A stretch of 63,528 nt of DNA, counting the filler, from Platydemus manokwari (taxonomy: Eukaryota), in NCBI GenBank assembly GCA_037951405.1. It is 6 parts of 6 records of this genome, joined end to end, with 100 filler letters (N's around TTAATTAATTAA, not from the genome) between each part and the next. Parts side by side here need not be neighbours in the genome. Positions count along the whole stretch, not along the records: positions 1 to 8,773 come from JBBMOY011351982.1; positions 8,874 to 18,897 come from JBBMOY011178323.1; 4 more parts are not named here. One strand, given 5' to 3'. The notes beneath the pieces are model-generated. The model saw nothing but the letters and a program-made list of their open reading frames with translations. It did no database searches and was not told the origin of the DNA. Position 1 is the first letter of the stretch. The number at the start of each line of letters is the position of its first letter. A program made the position numbers and the translations under genes. Positions 1 to 12,299 of the stretch are shown piece by piece.

Positions 1-154
1 TAATGATTTGCTACAGCACACACACAAGTGTTTACATCTGGTGTCAAATTCCGGTTATTAAGTTATAGACCCAATAGGAATATCGATAATTGAGAATTAC
101 TGACCACAGCATTCTAAATGTTGCTACTATTCAAATTAATAGAAGTATTAACAT

Positions 155-752
155 TGTGAGAATTTTAAATTGAATTGATTTTGTAATAAATTTGACTTTA
201 TATAAAATTATATTAATTTTTTTAAATTATTTTATTTAAATAAAATTTTTAGTGTAATGACTTTTCAGTTCGTTTTCGATCCGTGTTTTATAAAATAGTA
301 AGGGTTACATGGCGACTACGTAGCTGGATTCAACACTGAGATGATCAATGACTGAAAATTATGGAAAAGAAGAGAAAGATCTTGTCACCATATAGACAAT
401 ATATTAAGATAAAAAGATGTAGAGAAGATCTTGAGAATATATAAAGATATAGAAAAGATATAAAGTAGATTTAGAGGATATATTAGCAAGATAGAAGAAT
501 TAGAGTTCTTTAATGTAGATAAATATGTGAGCGTTCGATACAATGCCAATAAAGAAATTCAGAAATTGTAAAGAAAATGGGATGTGAGAATTTCAAATTG
601 AATTAAAACTTTTAAAGTTAGATTTTGTACGAAATTTGATTTTATAACTTTATTTTAATGAGCTTAAATAATTTTATTTAAATAAATTTTCTAGTCTCAT
701 GAATTTTCAGTTTTTTTTCGATTTGTGTTTTATAAAATAGTAACGGCTTATA
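155..752 (+). mobile_element. TRIM-like non-autonomous LTR retroelement, copy 1 (LTR 155-309, PBS from 310, PPT 570-582, LTR 583-752)
   Basis: Direct repeats begin TGTGAGAATT and end GGTTACA / GGCTTATA. TGGCGACTACG follows the 5' repeat directly and AAAGAAAATGGGA precedes the 3' repeat. Flanks AACAT/CACAT match 4 of 5 as a TSD. Homologous copies lie at 32244 and 38261. Confidence 0.8.
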
Positions 753-1853
753 CACATAATAATATTTATTGAAATTATAAATTTATACTATTACTTTTAT
801 AAATAAATGCCGAGCTGAACTATTAAAATCCAGCACAGAATCTTGCCATAATAGCCATCTTACAAGTTCTCTTCACCAAAAGCTAATTTTTTTTAAATTT
901 AGTGATTCTTAAGATTACATACTGGTAACTAGAATACACTCCAATAAAAAAATCTGTATTAAACAAAGTACAAAAGTGGTTGTAGCTCTTTTAACATTTT
1001 TTACATATTGCTCATAAAACGTGTATGCGCACTAGTATGCATGCATTAATCTAAAGTATAATGATTGATCATTAAAAAAATCTAGAATAATTCACAACCA
1101 GTGATGTTCCTGTCTGGATAAACGTCAATACTATAAGAATCTACTGAAATAAGGGATTATTGTAAGATTAAATAGGAGAAGCAATTAAGCATGCAACCAA
1201 AAAGCCAAGTAAAGCAATAGTCATTGTAATTAACTATGGTGAAATTGCTTCTATAGGTATTTAAAAATATCACTCATAAGGGTTACATTAGTGAGCATAT
1301 ACCATACATCAGATATGTATTCACAAAACCTGATTAATAAGGTTCTCATTATGTCTATCATAAAATCGAATCAGTTAACCTTGGAAAAATAAATCAGAAT
1401 ATATTGCGAAAAAATAATTATTTCAGAAAAAAACTTGCCAAGAAAAGAAATTCAGAATCAGAAATGTTATTAGATATTCACAATTAGAGCCAAAAAATAT
1501 AATTGAAGGAATGATCTCATATTTGCTGAATGCTCAAATATTAAATATAATGACAACTGCATTTCTGATTCGATTTACTTATTTAGTTATCAGAAAATAT
1601 CCCAGTTTATCTGGTCTACAATTAAAAACTCGAATTAATGATCAACAATGCCGTGTATTTTCCAATTTACATGAAAAACATTTGTTTTTAAACATTTCGT
1701 TTGCATTTGTTGACGATGAGCAGCAATAATTGGGTGGTGTTACTTTCCTCTGAATAAAAATAAGCGATCAATATAATATCTACAGGAACTTAAATTCCAA
1801 AATTAATATTCTTTACAAATCTTCCATGAAATACAGAGTTTTCAAAGGGCATT

Positions 1854-2230
1854 TGTTATGATAGTGATATGCTATCAAAACTAGTACAAACGGCCAAGTG
1901 GTAAAACACACTAAAGTTGAATAAAGTGGCTTTAGATTCGAATCCACTACAGAGTTTATAAGAGATTCGAGGAAGATTCGAAGTCATAACCGACTGTGAT
2001 GTTAAGAAAAAATTATTAAACCGGTATTTCACCAGAATATTTACAGGCTTTATCAATGGTTTAAATGTCGTGACAACGACCAAGAACAAAGTAAGGAATA
2101 AGACGGTAGTACTAGATTAGAAAAATATAATGATACATAAATAGAAGTTATCAAGAATTAATATGAATAAATCATGAAGTAAATAATACATGAATAGAAT
2201 GTTATTTAAAGGATTTTTAGTAAAGTAACA
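1854..2230 (+). mobile_element. Candidate LTR (TGTTA...TAACA)
   Basis: 5-bp inverted termini, a TATA-like TTTATAAG near 1956, AATAAA near 2166, and TGGATTCGAATC directly after the end. No TSD and no partner LTR found. Confidence 0.3.
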
Positions 2231-5200
2231 TGGATTCGAATCTATCTGTTAGTGATTTACTTATGAGTATAAGAGACATTCAAACTGGTCAATAAGAAGA
2301 CTACCGAAAGAGATTGTCAGTGGATTTCAGTAAAATTAGCCTTCATTAACCTTACACGGAATATGATTCGATTTAATTCTCATAAAATGTGTTTATAACA
2401 AATGATAATTGATTTAAAACAAATTATAAATAATTTTTACAATTTATCGACATCTAATCCATGACCGATGGGTCTTTTGTACGATCTTAGTATTTCGGCT
2501 AATCGAATATCGCTCAGCAACCTCTTGTTAAATTTGATAAATCTGAAAATAGACTTTATAACTGTAGTCATGAAAATTTTTATAAATTCAAATAAAGCGT
2601 TGAATAAGGTGATAGATGTTTGAAATTATTATCATAAATCGGTGCTCTAGAAATGATATTTATTTAGTGATAATAATCATACGTTGGATGTAAGATCAGA
2701 TTTGATAAGCTGGCCTTAGGACGTTGAACTGTGTGACGAAAATCAGCAATCGTTAAATAAACTAAATAACAGCTTAATTGTATTGACTATTTTGTTGTAT
2801 TGAAATCAGGTTCTTTCTTTTATAATTTAGTGATTTACGTGGGAGAATTATTTCCGGATAAAATGAAGTTTGAACCTTATAGAGCAAGTGTAATTTTAGA
2901 GTAGATATTATTTATTTCATCAGCCAAAACTGTCAAATTATATAATCTCAAATAATTCTGAGCTTTACAAGCAACTTTTAATTATTAGAGAAAAAAAGCA
3001 AATATCTAAAGAATAGGTCATCAGATTTTCCAAAATTTTCAACTATCCTACATGAAATGCAAATTATGGAATGGTGTTCAGTGACTCGTAGCGACAAATC
3101 AATATAAAGTTTTCGATACCAAATTACTTTTGTAAATCACTCTAAAACAAAATTTTTTTATAAGATGAAGGTAATTTTCTGCAAAGGTAAATTCTAGATG
3201 TCATCCGGTAATTATAAGTAAAAAAAGACAAATGATTTTGGTTATCAATTCGGTGCCTGTTAGGATTGTCGTTAATTTATACCAGAAAATTCCAAAAATA
3301 AATTCACGCTTCTTCAATAAAGAATTAATATAATTCTCATCCAAAAACGAAAAAAACAAAATCATCTATATTGACAAAACCCATAATGTCTAAGATAAAA
3401 CAAATATAGTTAAAAGTACAGCGGCTACTCCTCAAATATTTCAATCAATCCATAAAGTCTATCTTCAATATGCTGGGAAACAATGGATCATCATCATAGA
3501 AATGGAAAACCAATTAAAAAGCAAAATTTTTAAATTAAAAAAAAAATCAATAAAAATTGGTTTAGTCACGAATGGAAATAGAAATATCATATTTTTGTTT
3601 AAATACACATATGAATAATTTGTAAATTGATCTTCAATTCTGATATAATTTTTATAAAATGTATTTATTATAAAATGAAATCAAATATATTGGTTGAACT
3701 AACAATTTCAGGATCATTTTTATCAGATCTATTTCTCAATCAATAAATGCTCAATTCCATAACGCTGTCTATTCAAGCCAAGATTCGATTATCTTGATTT
3801 TTATCACCATCATTCATGACAATATAGCTACAAAAACTATTTTAAAACCATGATCTCCTTCTCCAGACATTTGATTTTCCAATTTCTTCGACAATCATAT
3901 TTGACTACTTTTAGGATTTTTCATTTATTTCAAATAGTTTTTTTAATAATAAATTTAAATATAAAATAAATTTAGATGAGAAGTTCTCCATCCTCTGCAT
4001 AATTCATTTGAATATTGTGGTAAAATATATTTTGTGAGTTTAACTTCTTAAATCCTTTATCAATTCATATTTAGTAAAAACGTAGCAGCTAATAATTTCA
4101 TAAAATATCACAATATTATTATATCACTTTAAACTATTTCCTTTCATTACCTATTTTAAATTTATTTTTCTTCACATTTCTCCACATTTATTTTGATTGG
4201 ATGTATTTAAATAATTCACAAAACCATTCCTGGGTAACGGTTGGTGTACATGATAATCTGGTTAAAGGCACTCTATGAGTGGAACAAACACTCAATTAAA
4301 ATTTTTCTAATTCTTAGGAACCTGATCAGTCTTGAATGTCTACTTTTATCAAATGAATTGAGATGCGTTTTAAAATGTATACACAAGCAGCTACATTAAT
4401 GAACGATACGCATTTGTTGATAAGAAATCTGTATGGCAACAAAATCCATGGATATTCAACTCTTTGATAAATATATATTTTCAGCAACTAGATTTCCTTC
4501 ATCACAATATATTTATGAACTCACTGCATTAAATGCTATCGATTGGTGATATTTGTAAGCATTCTAATAAATTACACTAATGACCAATATCAGCTGCTTT
4601 CATCTGCTGGATTTCAAAGTAAATATTCTCCTCATATTTGCATTGTCCAAAAATGATAAATTTAAATTTATATGTTGTGAGTTTAATTTGTCGACGATGG
4701 TTTTTCGGACGCGGATTGGTATAATTTGTTAATATTAAATATTGTAAATGAAAATGATAATTGTAATCTACTATTATTTAAAAAAAATATGTTTTTTACC
4801 AACTATTTTTGCAAACTTTATTTATATCTTTTGATATTAATTTTCAAAATTTTATAAATTTAAATTTTAATATCCTCACAATAATAAACACTAATTGCTG
4901 TAGAATAAAAAAAGTGAATAAACCAGCTTCCAATAAACCATACAAAATACAACACATTAAAAGTTCAAATTAATCGTTGTCATTTGAACACACTGCAATA
5001 TAACTACAATGCTTGTTATGATAATAATAATTATTTTATTCAATGACACAATACAAGAATTGGAATTATAATTATCATGAAATCTCTTCACGCTATCCCC
5101 AAAAAATGGTTATATTCAATAAGTTTAGTAAAATATTGATTAAATTTAATGAAAAACTAAATTCTGAACCGAAAATAATGAGTCATTTTAGATTGTTGAA

Positions 5201-7439
5201 TAACGAGTGATGTGCCTTCCTATCAGGCATGCTCAATCAATATTAAAAATATTAATCCAGCTTTTACTGTTCGTTGTAATTTGTAATTTACATAATATCG
5301 TGTTTCAATAAAACCAATCAAATTTTAACAAATTAGATGATAATATTGACCATATCGAAAATTGAAAATATTGATATTAAATATTATTGATATTAATATT
5401 AATGTTGATCAACATTAAATTAATAACTAGGATTTGTAAAGCATTATTGAAAATCGATAAATAATATAATCTTTTTATAATATTGAATATGAAAACGTAT
5501 AAAAAATCCAATCGAACATACATTACACATTTAAATAATAATTACACAATTAAAACAAAAGCATTAAAATTAAACCAAATATATCGATGAATGTTTTTTC
5601 AAGTCGATCTGAACTCATTAAATTGCCTCATCAGTGAAAATGTTCATCATGATTTTCATGATCATTATCTTTAATTCTAGCTCGATTAATTAAATATTAT
5701 TATCAGTTATCCGTGTTTCAGTAAATAATGAATATTTTTGTTTAAACGAATGGATATTCGATATCCTTTTACAAATTGTCTCATGATCAACATTTTCCTT
5801 CAAGAAATCGATGATGAAATTTCTGAAAAATTGCATATTAAATACATTGAGATAATGGCGATAAAAGGCTCACAGTTTCATTCGTTGACAGAATAAACTC
5901 GATTTTCAAATGATTACCGAAGAAATAAATCGAATTTCCCAATGATTTCAAATCGCAGATGGGAAAATTCTTCTTCGTTCGGATATTTATTTTATCAGAA
6001 AATAATTACAGAAAATATGGTAATTTTCAATGCGTTCAAATGAGATTGACTTCAATATTGAGAAGAAAACCTCTATTGAGAAAAAGTCAAAACATCTCAA
6101 TTCATATTAGATATTCAAATATTTATTTGAGCTGTAAACAGTCTCTTAATAATATATATGGAATAAAATATATTTACTCTTCCTCTCTTTCAATGAATTT
6201 CAATGGTTTCACGTCAATATTTCTGCAATGTTTTGGTACATTAACACGATTATTATTTTATTTAATTAATATATGGACTAATTTTTAATGATGGAACACT
6301 TTATAATTCAGTCTGACAAATTATCAGATTGAGAGATACTCTTAATTTTTACAATTATTTCATAAAAATAAGAAATGATATTATTAAACATGTCTGTTGT
6401 TCACTAACTCGATTTATAATTATAAAAATTCAAATTTAAAAACTCAAATAATCATATAGAAGTGTTGTGATTAGAATAAATATTTGTTTTTAAAATTATA
6501 TTTTGTCCCTATTATTAGACATCCTTATAGATAAGATATTAACTGATTTATACGAATAAATCAAGCATTTCATTTACATATAAAAATATATTTTAAAATT
6601 ATTTCATGTGCGAAAATTCATTCTTACGAAAGTAGATTAAGCAACTCCTTTTCCTTAACTTAAGCTGATCATATTTACAGTAATTTGCCTTTGTGTGTAA
6701 CTAGTCAGAGTTTCTACTTCAATTATTCAGTAATATTAATATATTTTTCAATTTAGGGTTAATCTATATCTCAATAAAAAAATTGGCATAATTTATTATC
6801 AAACTCATGATTATAGTAAAATTACAACATCGAATTTTAGTATTGTATAAAATTGCATAAAGATAATAATAGATACTAGATTCTACAAATTTTTTCAATA
6901 TTCATTATTATAATCAAATAACGCCAATTTATATAACGCCAAGAATTTACATTTTATAATTCAGATTTAACAATTTAGAAGTATTATTTCAAATTCATAA
7001 CTTTTTAGGACAAAACGCCTGATATAATTTTTGTGATATTTTCAATTTACCGACTTATTTTCATATAATCATACATATTTATACCAAAGAAACTTGAATT
7101 TCAAAATCAACGAGCATTTTATAAGAATGTAAATAATATTGATCATGTGTATTGATTAAACATATTTAAAGCTTATTTAAATTCTTAATATGATTATCTC
7201 AATTTACTTGTGGTAATTTTCTGGATGTTATGGCATAAATAATATTCACAAATCTATCATTAATTTTAAAATTATAAGATATGATTAAGAATATATATAA
7301 AATCAAACAAAAAACGACATAACTTTGACTCTGTGTTTTTGCTAGTTCTCCATAAAATTAGTTTTGATAAATTGATCATTTGAATTATTAGATAAATTTA
7401 TATTTTAAAACGAATAAAAATTTTTCAGCAACTACTTAC

Positions 7440-7543
7440 CGGGAATTACTATCGTCTAGTTCTCTATCCATTGAATCATACGGTAAACTCGCCAATTGAT
7501 CAATGATACTCGTCAACAATAAGACCAAATATATGAAATGCAT
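7440..7543 (-). CDS. First coding exon of a putative secreted protein or peptide precursor (MHFIYLVLLLTSIIDQLASLPYDSMDRELDDSNS-R); downstream exons not located
   Basis: 50-nt 5'UTR intron 7599-7550 (GTAAGT...TTTTTAG). ATG 6 nt into the exon, hydrophobic signal-like N-terminus, perfect GTAAGT donor at 7439. Confidence 0.6.
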
Positions 7544-7667
7544 CCCAATCTAAAAATGAATGTAACCCAATTAGACAATTAGTCCACAAAATCACTTACA
7601 TTACAAATGGATAGTTTATACGAGATTTTTGGGGGTTTTTTCTTTTCAAATAAAATAGTAGTTTAGA

Positions 7668-7698
7668 ATATTTATATTTATAATGACAATAGCCAATT
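7668..7698 (-). promoter_or_regulatory. Putative TATA/CCAAT core promoter of the 7543 gene
   Basis: TATAAATA on the minus strand at about 7683-7670 and a CCAAT at about 7693, just upstream of the non-coding exon. The AT-rich background weakens this. Confidence 0.3.
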
Positions 7699-8702
7699 AG
7701 AACAGAGATAATAAGAATTATTTGCTGTAAAGTTTTTTATTGATGGAAAAGTAACTTTGAAAATAAGATTATAATTAGAATTTGGAGCCCGTATTAAAAG
7801 GTAATTAAAATTTAATCCCAGTTCTACTTGTGGAGCTGTGATTACTGAACTAAGACAATTACAGAAACAAAAACAAGTTCCCATCAAATTAAGTTATTTT
7901 ATAATTTATGAATTGGCATTAATTTGACGATATCCGTTGAGAAATTTGGTGTCAATTTTAATTTAATAATAAAACTGAAAATTTAATGCAGCTTTTCAAA
8001 TACTGAACTTGGTATATTCAGCTGTGAATAGAGCTAATGATATAAATGTTATTTAATTTTAGGTTTTTATTGACTGGAAAACGATATGTAGAAAACAATG
8101 TGTCACGACACAATGCACTTGTATCTCCCATATATGAGTGAGATAAAAACCTTCAGTTGAGTAGACAGCAATGATTGACAATCGATGCTATTAATCTCGT
8201 GGGGTATGAGACAAATTCAAAAATCCCGATCAAAACCGTGGGAATAGCCTTCAAAAGGGTTTGACACAGACACAACAACACGTACTAGTAGTAAAAAAAT
8301 CAATACTCTTATGTTGGATTGTGATTTTTAATTGGTGCATACTTACAGAAAAATACGTGCACCAAAAATGCTTCAATAATTTAAGAGATTGGAGAAAAAA
8401 GTTAAACATAAGGATAAGTTTTAAATGGTTCTAAGAAATAAAAAGCAAAATTTTCAGCAGCAAGTAAACAGAACATTTGAAAAGATTCGATAATTTTCTT
8501 GGTCGATAACTTTGGTGACTTGCTTGTTATTATATTTCATCTTTCGAATGATTGCTTTTTATTTTGATACTAGTATCAGACGTGTATTCATACTTAGTTG
8601 ATTGATCCATTTTTGAGCATTTATAAACTTAATACCATTTATGTTGTATCAGGAACAAATGGAAGCACTTCATACTGGTGAGAAAATCAATAATCTAATA
8701 AG

Positions 8703-8772
8703 TGAGCCCTTGATTATGAAAGTGGTATAAGTCATTTCAACCTTTCAAAACCAAATTTCCATTTAAAAATGG
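8703..8772 (+). repeat. 70-bp young repeat at a contig end (probable transposon terminus)
   Basis: Exact reverse complement of 18998-19067. Both copies abut assembly spacers. Confidence 0.8.
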
Positions 8773-8773
8773 T

Positions 8774-8873
8774 NNNNNNNNNNNNNNNNNNNNNNNNNNN
8801 NNNNNNNNNNNNNNNNNTTAATTAATTAANNNNNNNNNNNNNNNNNNNNNNNNNNNNNNNNNNNNNNNNNNNN
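8774..8873. other. Artificial contig spacer (N-run, TTAATTAATTAA, N-run)
   Basis: 100-nt spacer with stops in all six frames. The same construct occurs five times in the window. Confidence 0.95.
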
Positions 8874-9270
8874 ACAATCGCAAATCTTCACAATCACGCA
8901 CTTGTCCAATGAAACACTCACACAATCATACACCCGCACAATCGCAAATCTTCACAATCACGCACTTGTCACATCAAAAACTCACGCAATCAAACACCCG
9001 AGCAATCATAAATCTTCCCCATCACGCACTTGTCCAATGAAACACTCACAAAATCTCATAAATGTACATTCATACATAAATGCAATTACACAAGCGCACA
9101 ATCACACACCCTTACAATCACACAGTCACGCAATCAAACAACCTTACGATAATTCACAACCGCCCCTCCCCCACACACACATTCACATAATTACACAATC
9201 TAAAACATACACAATCACACACAATTACAATTTCACACCCGCACAATCACGCACCAACACAATCACACAC
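8874..9270 (+). repeat. Degenerate CA-rich tandem repeat (CACAATCACGCAC-like units)
   Basis: Repeated ACAATCACGCAC / ACAATCGCAAATCTTC motifs. The 151-aa His/Thr-rich ORF here is a by-product of the repeat. Confidence 0.8.
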
Positions 9271-10797
9271 CTTTCTTTCCCTAACGCAGACATATTTCAA
9301 CTTCTGCAGCACTCTTCAGCTAATTTCATGCAATTTCACACCTTCCGACCAGACTAAAAGAAAATGATTGTCCTCAGCTTCTCTACGGTACAAAATTGTA
9401 AGGGGGCCGACATTTTGTACATACTACAAATCCAATTGGACACGCCCAGCATTATATTTGGTAGTTTCAAAACACACATATGAATATCTTTCCTGCACGG
9501 GAAATTGAAATACTTAGGATGTTCGTTTCGTGAAATATCGCCAGTTTACTACTGTCACTGCTACTTTTTAAAACGCCTTAGTATTCCAGTTTTAAGATGC
9601 ATGGCACGATTTGTACCATATTCATTCTGTGATATATCAAACATTACACGATGTTGTTACAGTCAAAAGTTAGCATTATTTCCGGACGTAATTGTTGGTA
9701 AATACTTGTGAGTTACGCATTAGAAGCTGTATATTACCTGAACCATGAATTAAGAAGATATATCATTAGATGTACCAATACAGAGGCTTACATGTACAGA
9801 AAATAGTTGTTTACAGTCATAATTTATGTTTTATTTGTGTTGATTTTTATATTATATTGTGTGTTAAATTCGTTAAGTCTTTTTGAATGAACTTGTTGAT
9901 TTCTATATATTTGTAACTTAAATTAGTTGTTCCAAAAGTAATTCTCAAGCCTATGTTGCTATGCCAACCAGGAAGCTCAGAGTGATAATAGTCAGCAATT
10001 ATAAAATCAATTCTCAATTTAAACCGGGTATAAACACCCAAAAAAATCAAACCAAAAAGCAATTCAACGTACTGACACTTTAATTCATGGTATTTGAAAT
10101 CAATGTCGAATTCACAGGCACTTAGAATCAAAGATCCTAAATATCCCTCTCAAAAATTCAGGTACACAGAAGAGAAAAGAAATTCTGCCAATCAGAATAT
10201 ATAAGATATTTCAGTAGAATATCGACTTATGTTAGGATTGATTGTGCGATCAGCATTTTCATCAAAGAAATTCCAAATTTCTCAATATCACCATCAGTTG
10301 ATAGGTTTTTGTTTATTTTAAAAAAGAATGCAATGTTTCAGTAAACAAAAGTAATTTCGTACCATGTTTCTGATAAGCTGTTATCAAAATTTAAAGCTAT
10401 GCTACTACAAATCCAAAATAAAACAAAAAAAAATAAAATAGAAGATAAATAAAAGACAAATAAAATAAAATCTAAAAATAGAAACATGAAATAAAGTATA
10501 ATAAATCACTAAAATAAATAATAATGAAAATCATATCAAATACAGTAAAAACAATAGATAAGAACGGATGTTAGCTCTATTATTATCTTTAATTAAATCA
10601 AGAACTTAAGTTCTTCATAAACAAAACTAGAATTTGGAGAATAATAATTTGCTATTCAATCGCCTACTATGAAATTAATCATTTCGGGAATTTAATCATC
10701 TGCCGATGGTTAAAGTGTGTATTTCGAACAATATTTATTGAAAATAAAGATGTTAGTAAAACAACTTTAGAAAATCACATTTAATAAATCAACATCG

Positions 10798-10952
10798 TAA
10801 TTTCTTCAATTGGTTCCAGTAATCACACCATTGTAATTCCTACAGAAAATTTACAAATTTACCAATAATTTATTTTTTCTGAATAATTTCTTCAATTGGT
10901 TCCAGTAATCACACCATTGTAATTCCTACAGAAAATTTACAAATTTACCAAT
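10798..10952. repeat. Perfect 69-bp direct duplication (10798-10866 and 10884-10952)
   Basis: Two identical copies separated by 17 nt. Confidence 0.9.
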
Positions 10953-11523
10953 TGCTTTATATAAATTCTCTATCTTTATTCATGAAATTAATTTTTTGTA
11001 GTAATGCATTTGAATAAGTTATTGGCCAGTTCAACCACGAAGTAATTTCTAAACAACATGGTAATATAACTTTATTCAAGTGGTTTCTGGAACTTTACGC
11101 TCAACCATCTGTAAGCCTTCAAAGGCATGACACAATGGGCTCTTTCAACTAAAAGTATAGGATATAATGTCGAAAATCACAAAGCACTTTAAATGTTCAA
11201 AGATAATAATAATTTTGAATCTAATCACTCCTGGTTTTTGTTAAACATTCATTATTTGTATTGCAATGTGCCTATTGGCATTTAATGAGATTCATTGTGA
11301 ATTGTGTTTTTGAAATGATATATTAGTTGTAATATTTGTTATTCCCTTGCTTATTTAATTCACATTTAAAGTGCTATCGTCTTTTGATAAACCACACTTA
11401 TTACAGTCATATTATTGATTAATTATTACAAATAACTTCAATAAATTGAATTTAAATCATCAATAAAATCCAAAGTGACACAACTATTAATTATTGAGCT
11501 CCTTCATATTCTTCAATCTAGAC

Positions 11524-12007
11524 CAGTGATTACCAAAGTGGCTCTACCTCCTCCTGGTAGCTGCTGCAAGAATCCAGAGGGTCGACCCTGATAACATCAT
11601 TTTGGGGCGATAATACTATAAGAATGTAATAAAATGATTATTAAAATTTTTGATGTATCTCGTTTGCTCAAAACGCTTAATTTGTCTTTAAACAACTTAC
11701 TGTACGTTCTCACTAATTTTTATTGAAGTTTGAGAGCGCTAAGTAATATTTATTTTTGAGAAGATTAAACCAATTTTCAGAAACGATATGAATTATCATA
11801 AACCAAGGGGCATATATATGTCTTACCAATTTAATTGTGGTTATTAGTAAATTTTATTTCTTTATTAGTGGGACAAAGTCGAATTTACCAAGTTGCTTTC
11901 ACTGCCTAAAATAAATAAGAAATCTCTAAAATCACATATTCTTTTCCTATCTATTTTTTCCAATTGGTTAACAGGCTATTAAGGGTCACAGTCTGTCGAT
12001 TTCACTG
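11524..12007 (+). mobile_element. Decayed hAT (Charlie-like) non-autonomous element
   Basis: Starts CAGTGATTACCAAAGTGG after an ATCTAGAC target-like octamer. Possible end at ...TTTCACTG. TSD match is poor. Confidence 0.4.
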
Positions 12008-12299
12008 CTTTGAAGAAAGGTGTCGGAAAACAATACATTTCTCAAGGACATTTCTCATAAACCTCTTCATATAAACAATTACATTACTGTAAAATTATAC
12101 AATGCATTATGCTATTAAATATTGTTACATATGCTGAATATAACTAAATGGATACTGAATTAAAACAAAATGAAATAATGATGTTTATTTGAATAAAACA
12201 ATAAATTTAAGCACGGAATCTATTTAAAAAGATAGTTTAGTGCGTACGCACTTTGGTACACTAAAAGATAAAAACATAACTATAACGCGCTTTTTGAAT

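Noticed and set aside
1480-1800. Ulp1-like relic of a DNA transposon (KYPSLSGLQ...NWVV)
   Set aside because: Only two weak motifs; too decayed to call.
3680-5000. PHD-finger-like gene on the minus strand (PTVTQEWFCEL)
   Set aside because: The Cys/His pattern is incomplete with many stops, so it cannot be supported.
8070-8125. Cys-rich CRKQCVTTQCTC transposon or integrase tail
   Set aside because: Isolated motif with no supporting upstream domain.
8818-8829. TTAATTAATTAA as a recurring biological motif or CRISPR-like repeat
   Set aside because: It is always centred in a 100-nt N spacer, so it is an assembly linker. No CRISPR array is present.
8902-9357. 151-aa His/Thr-rich protein
   Set aside because: Translation of a CA-rich tandem repeat with a non-ATG start.
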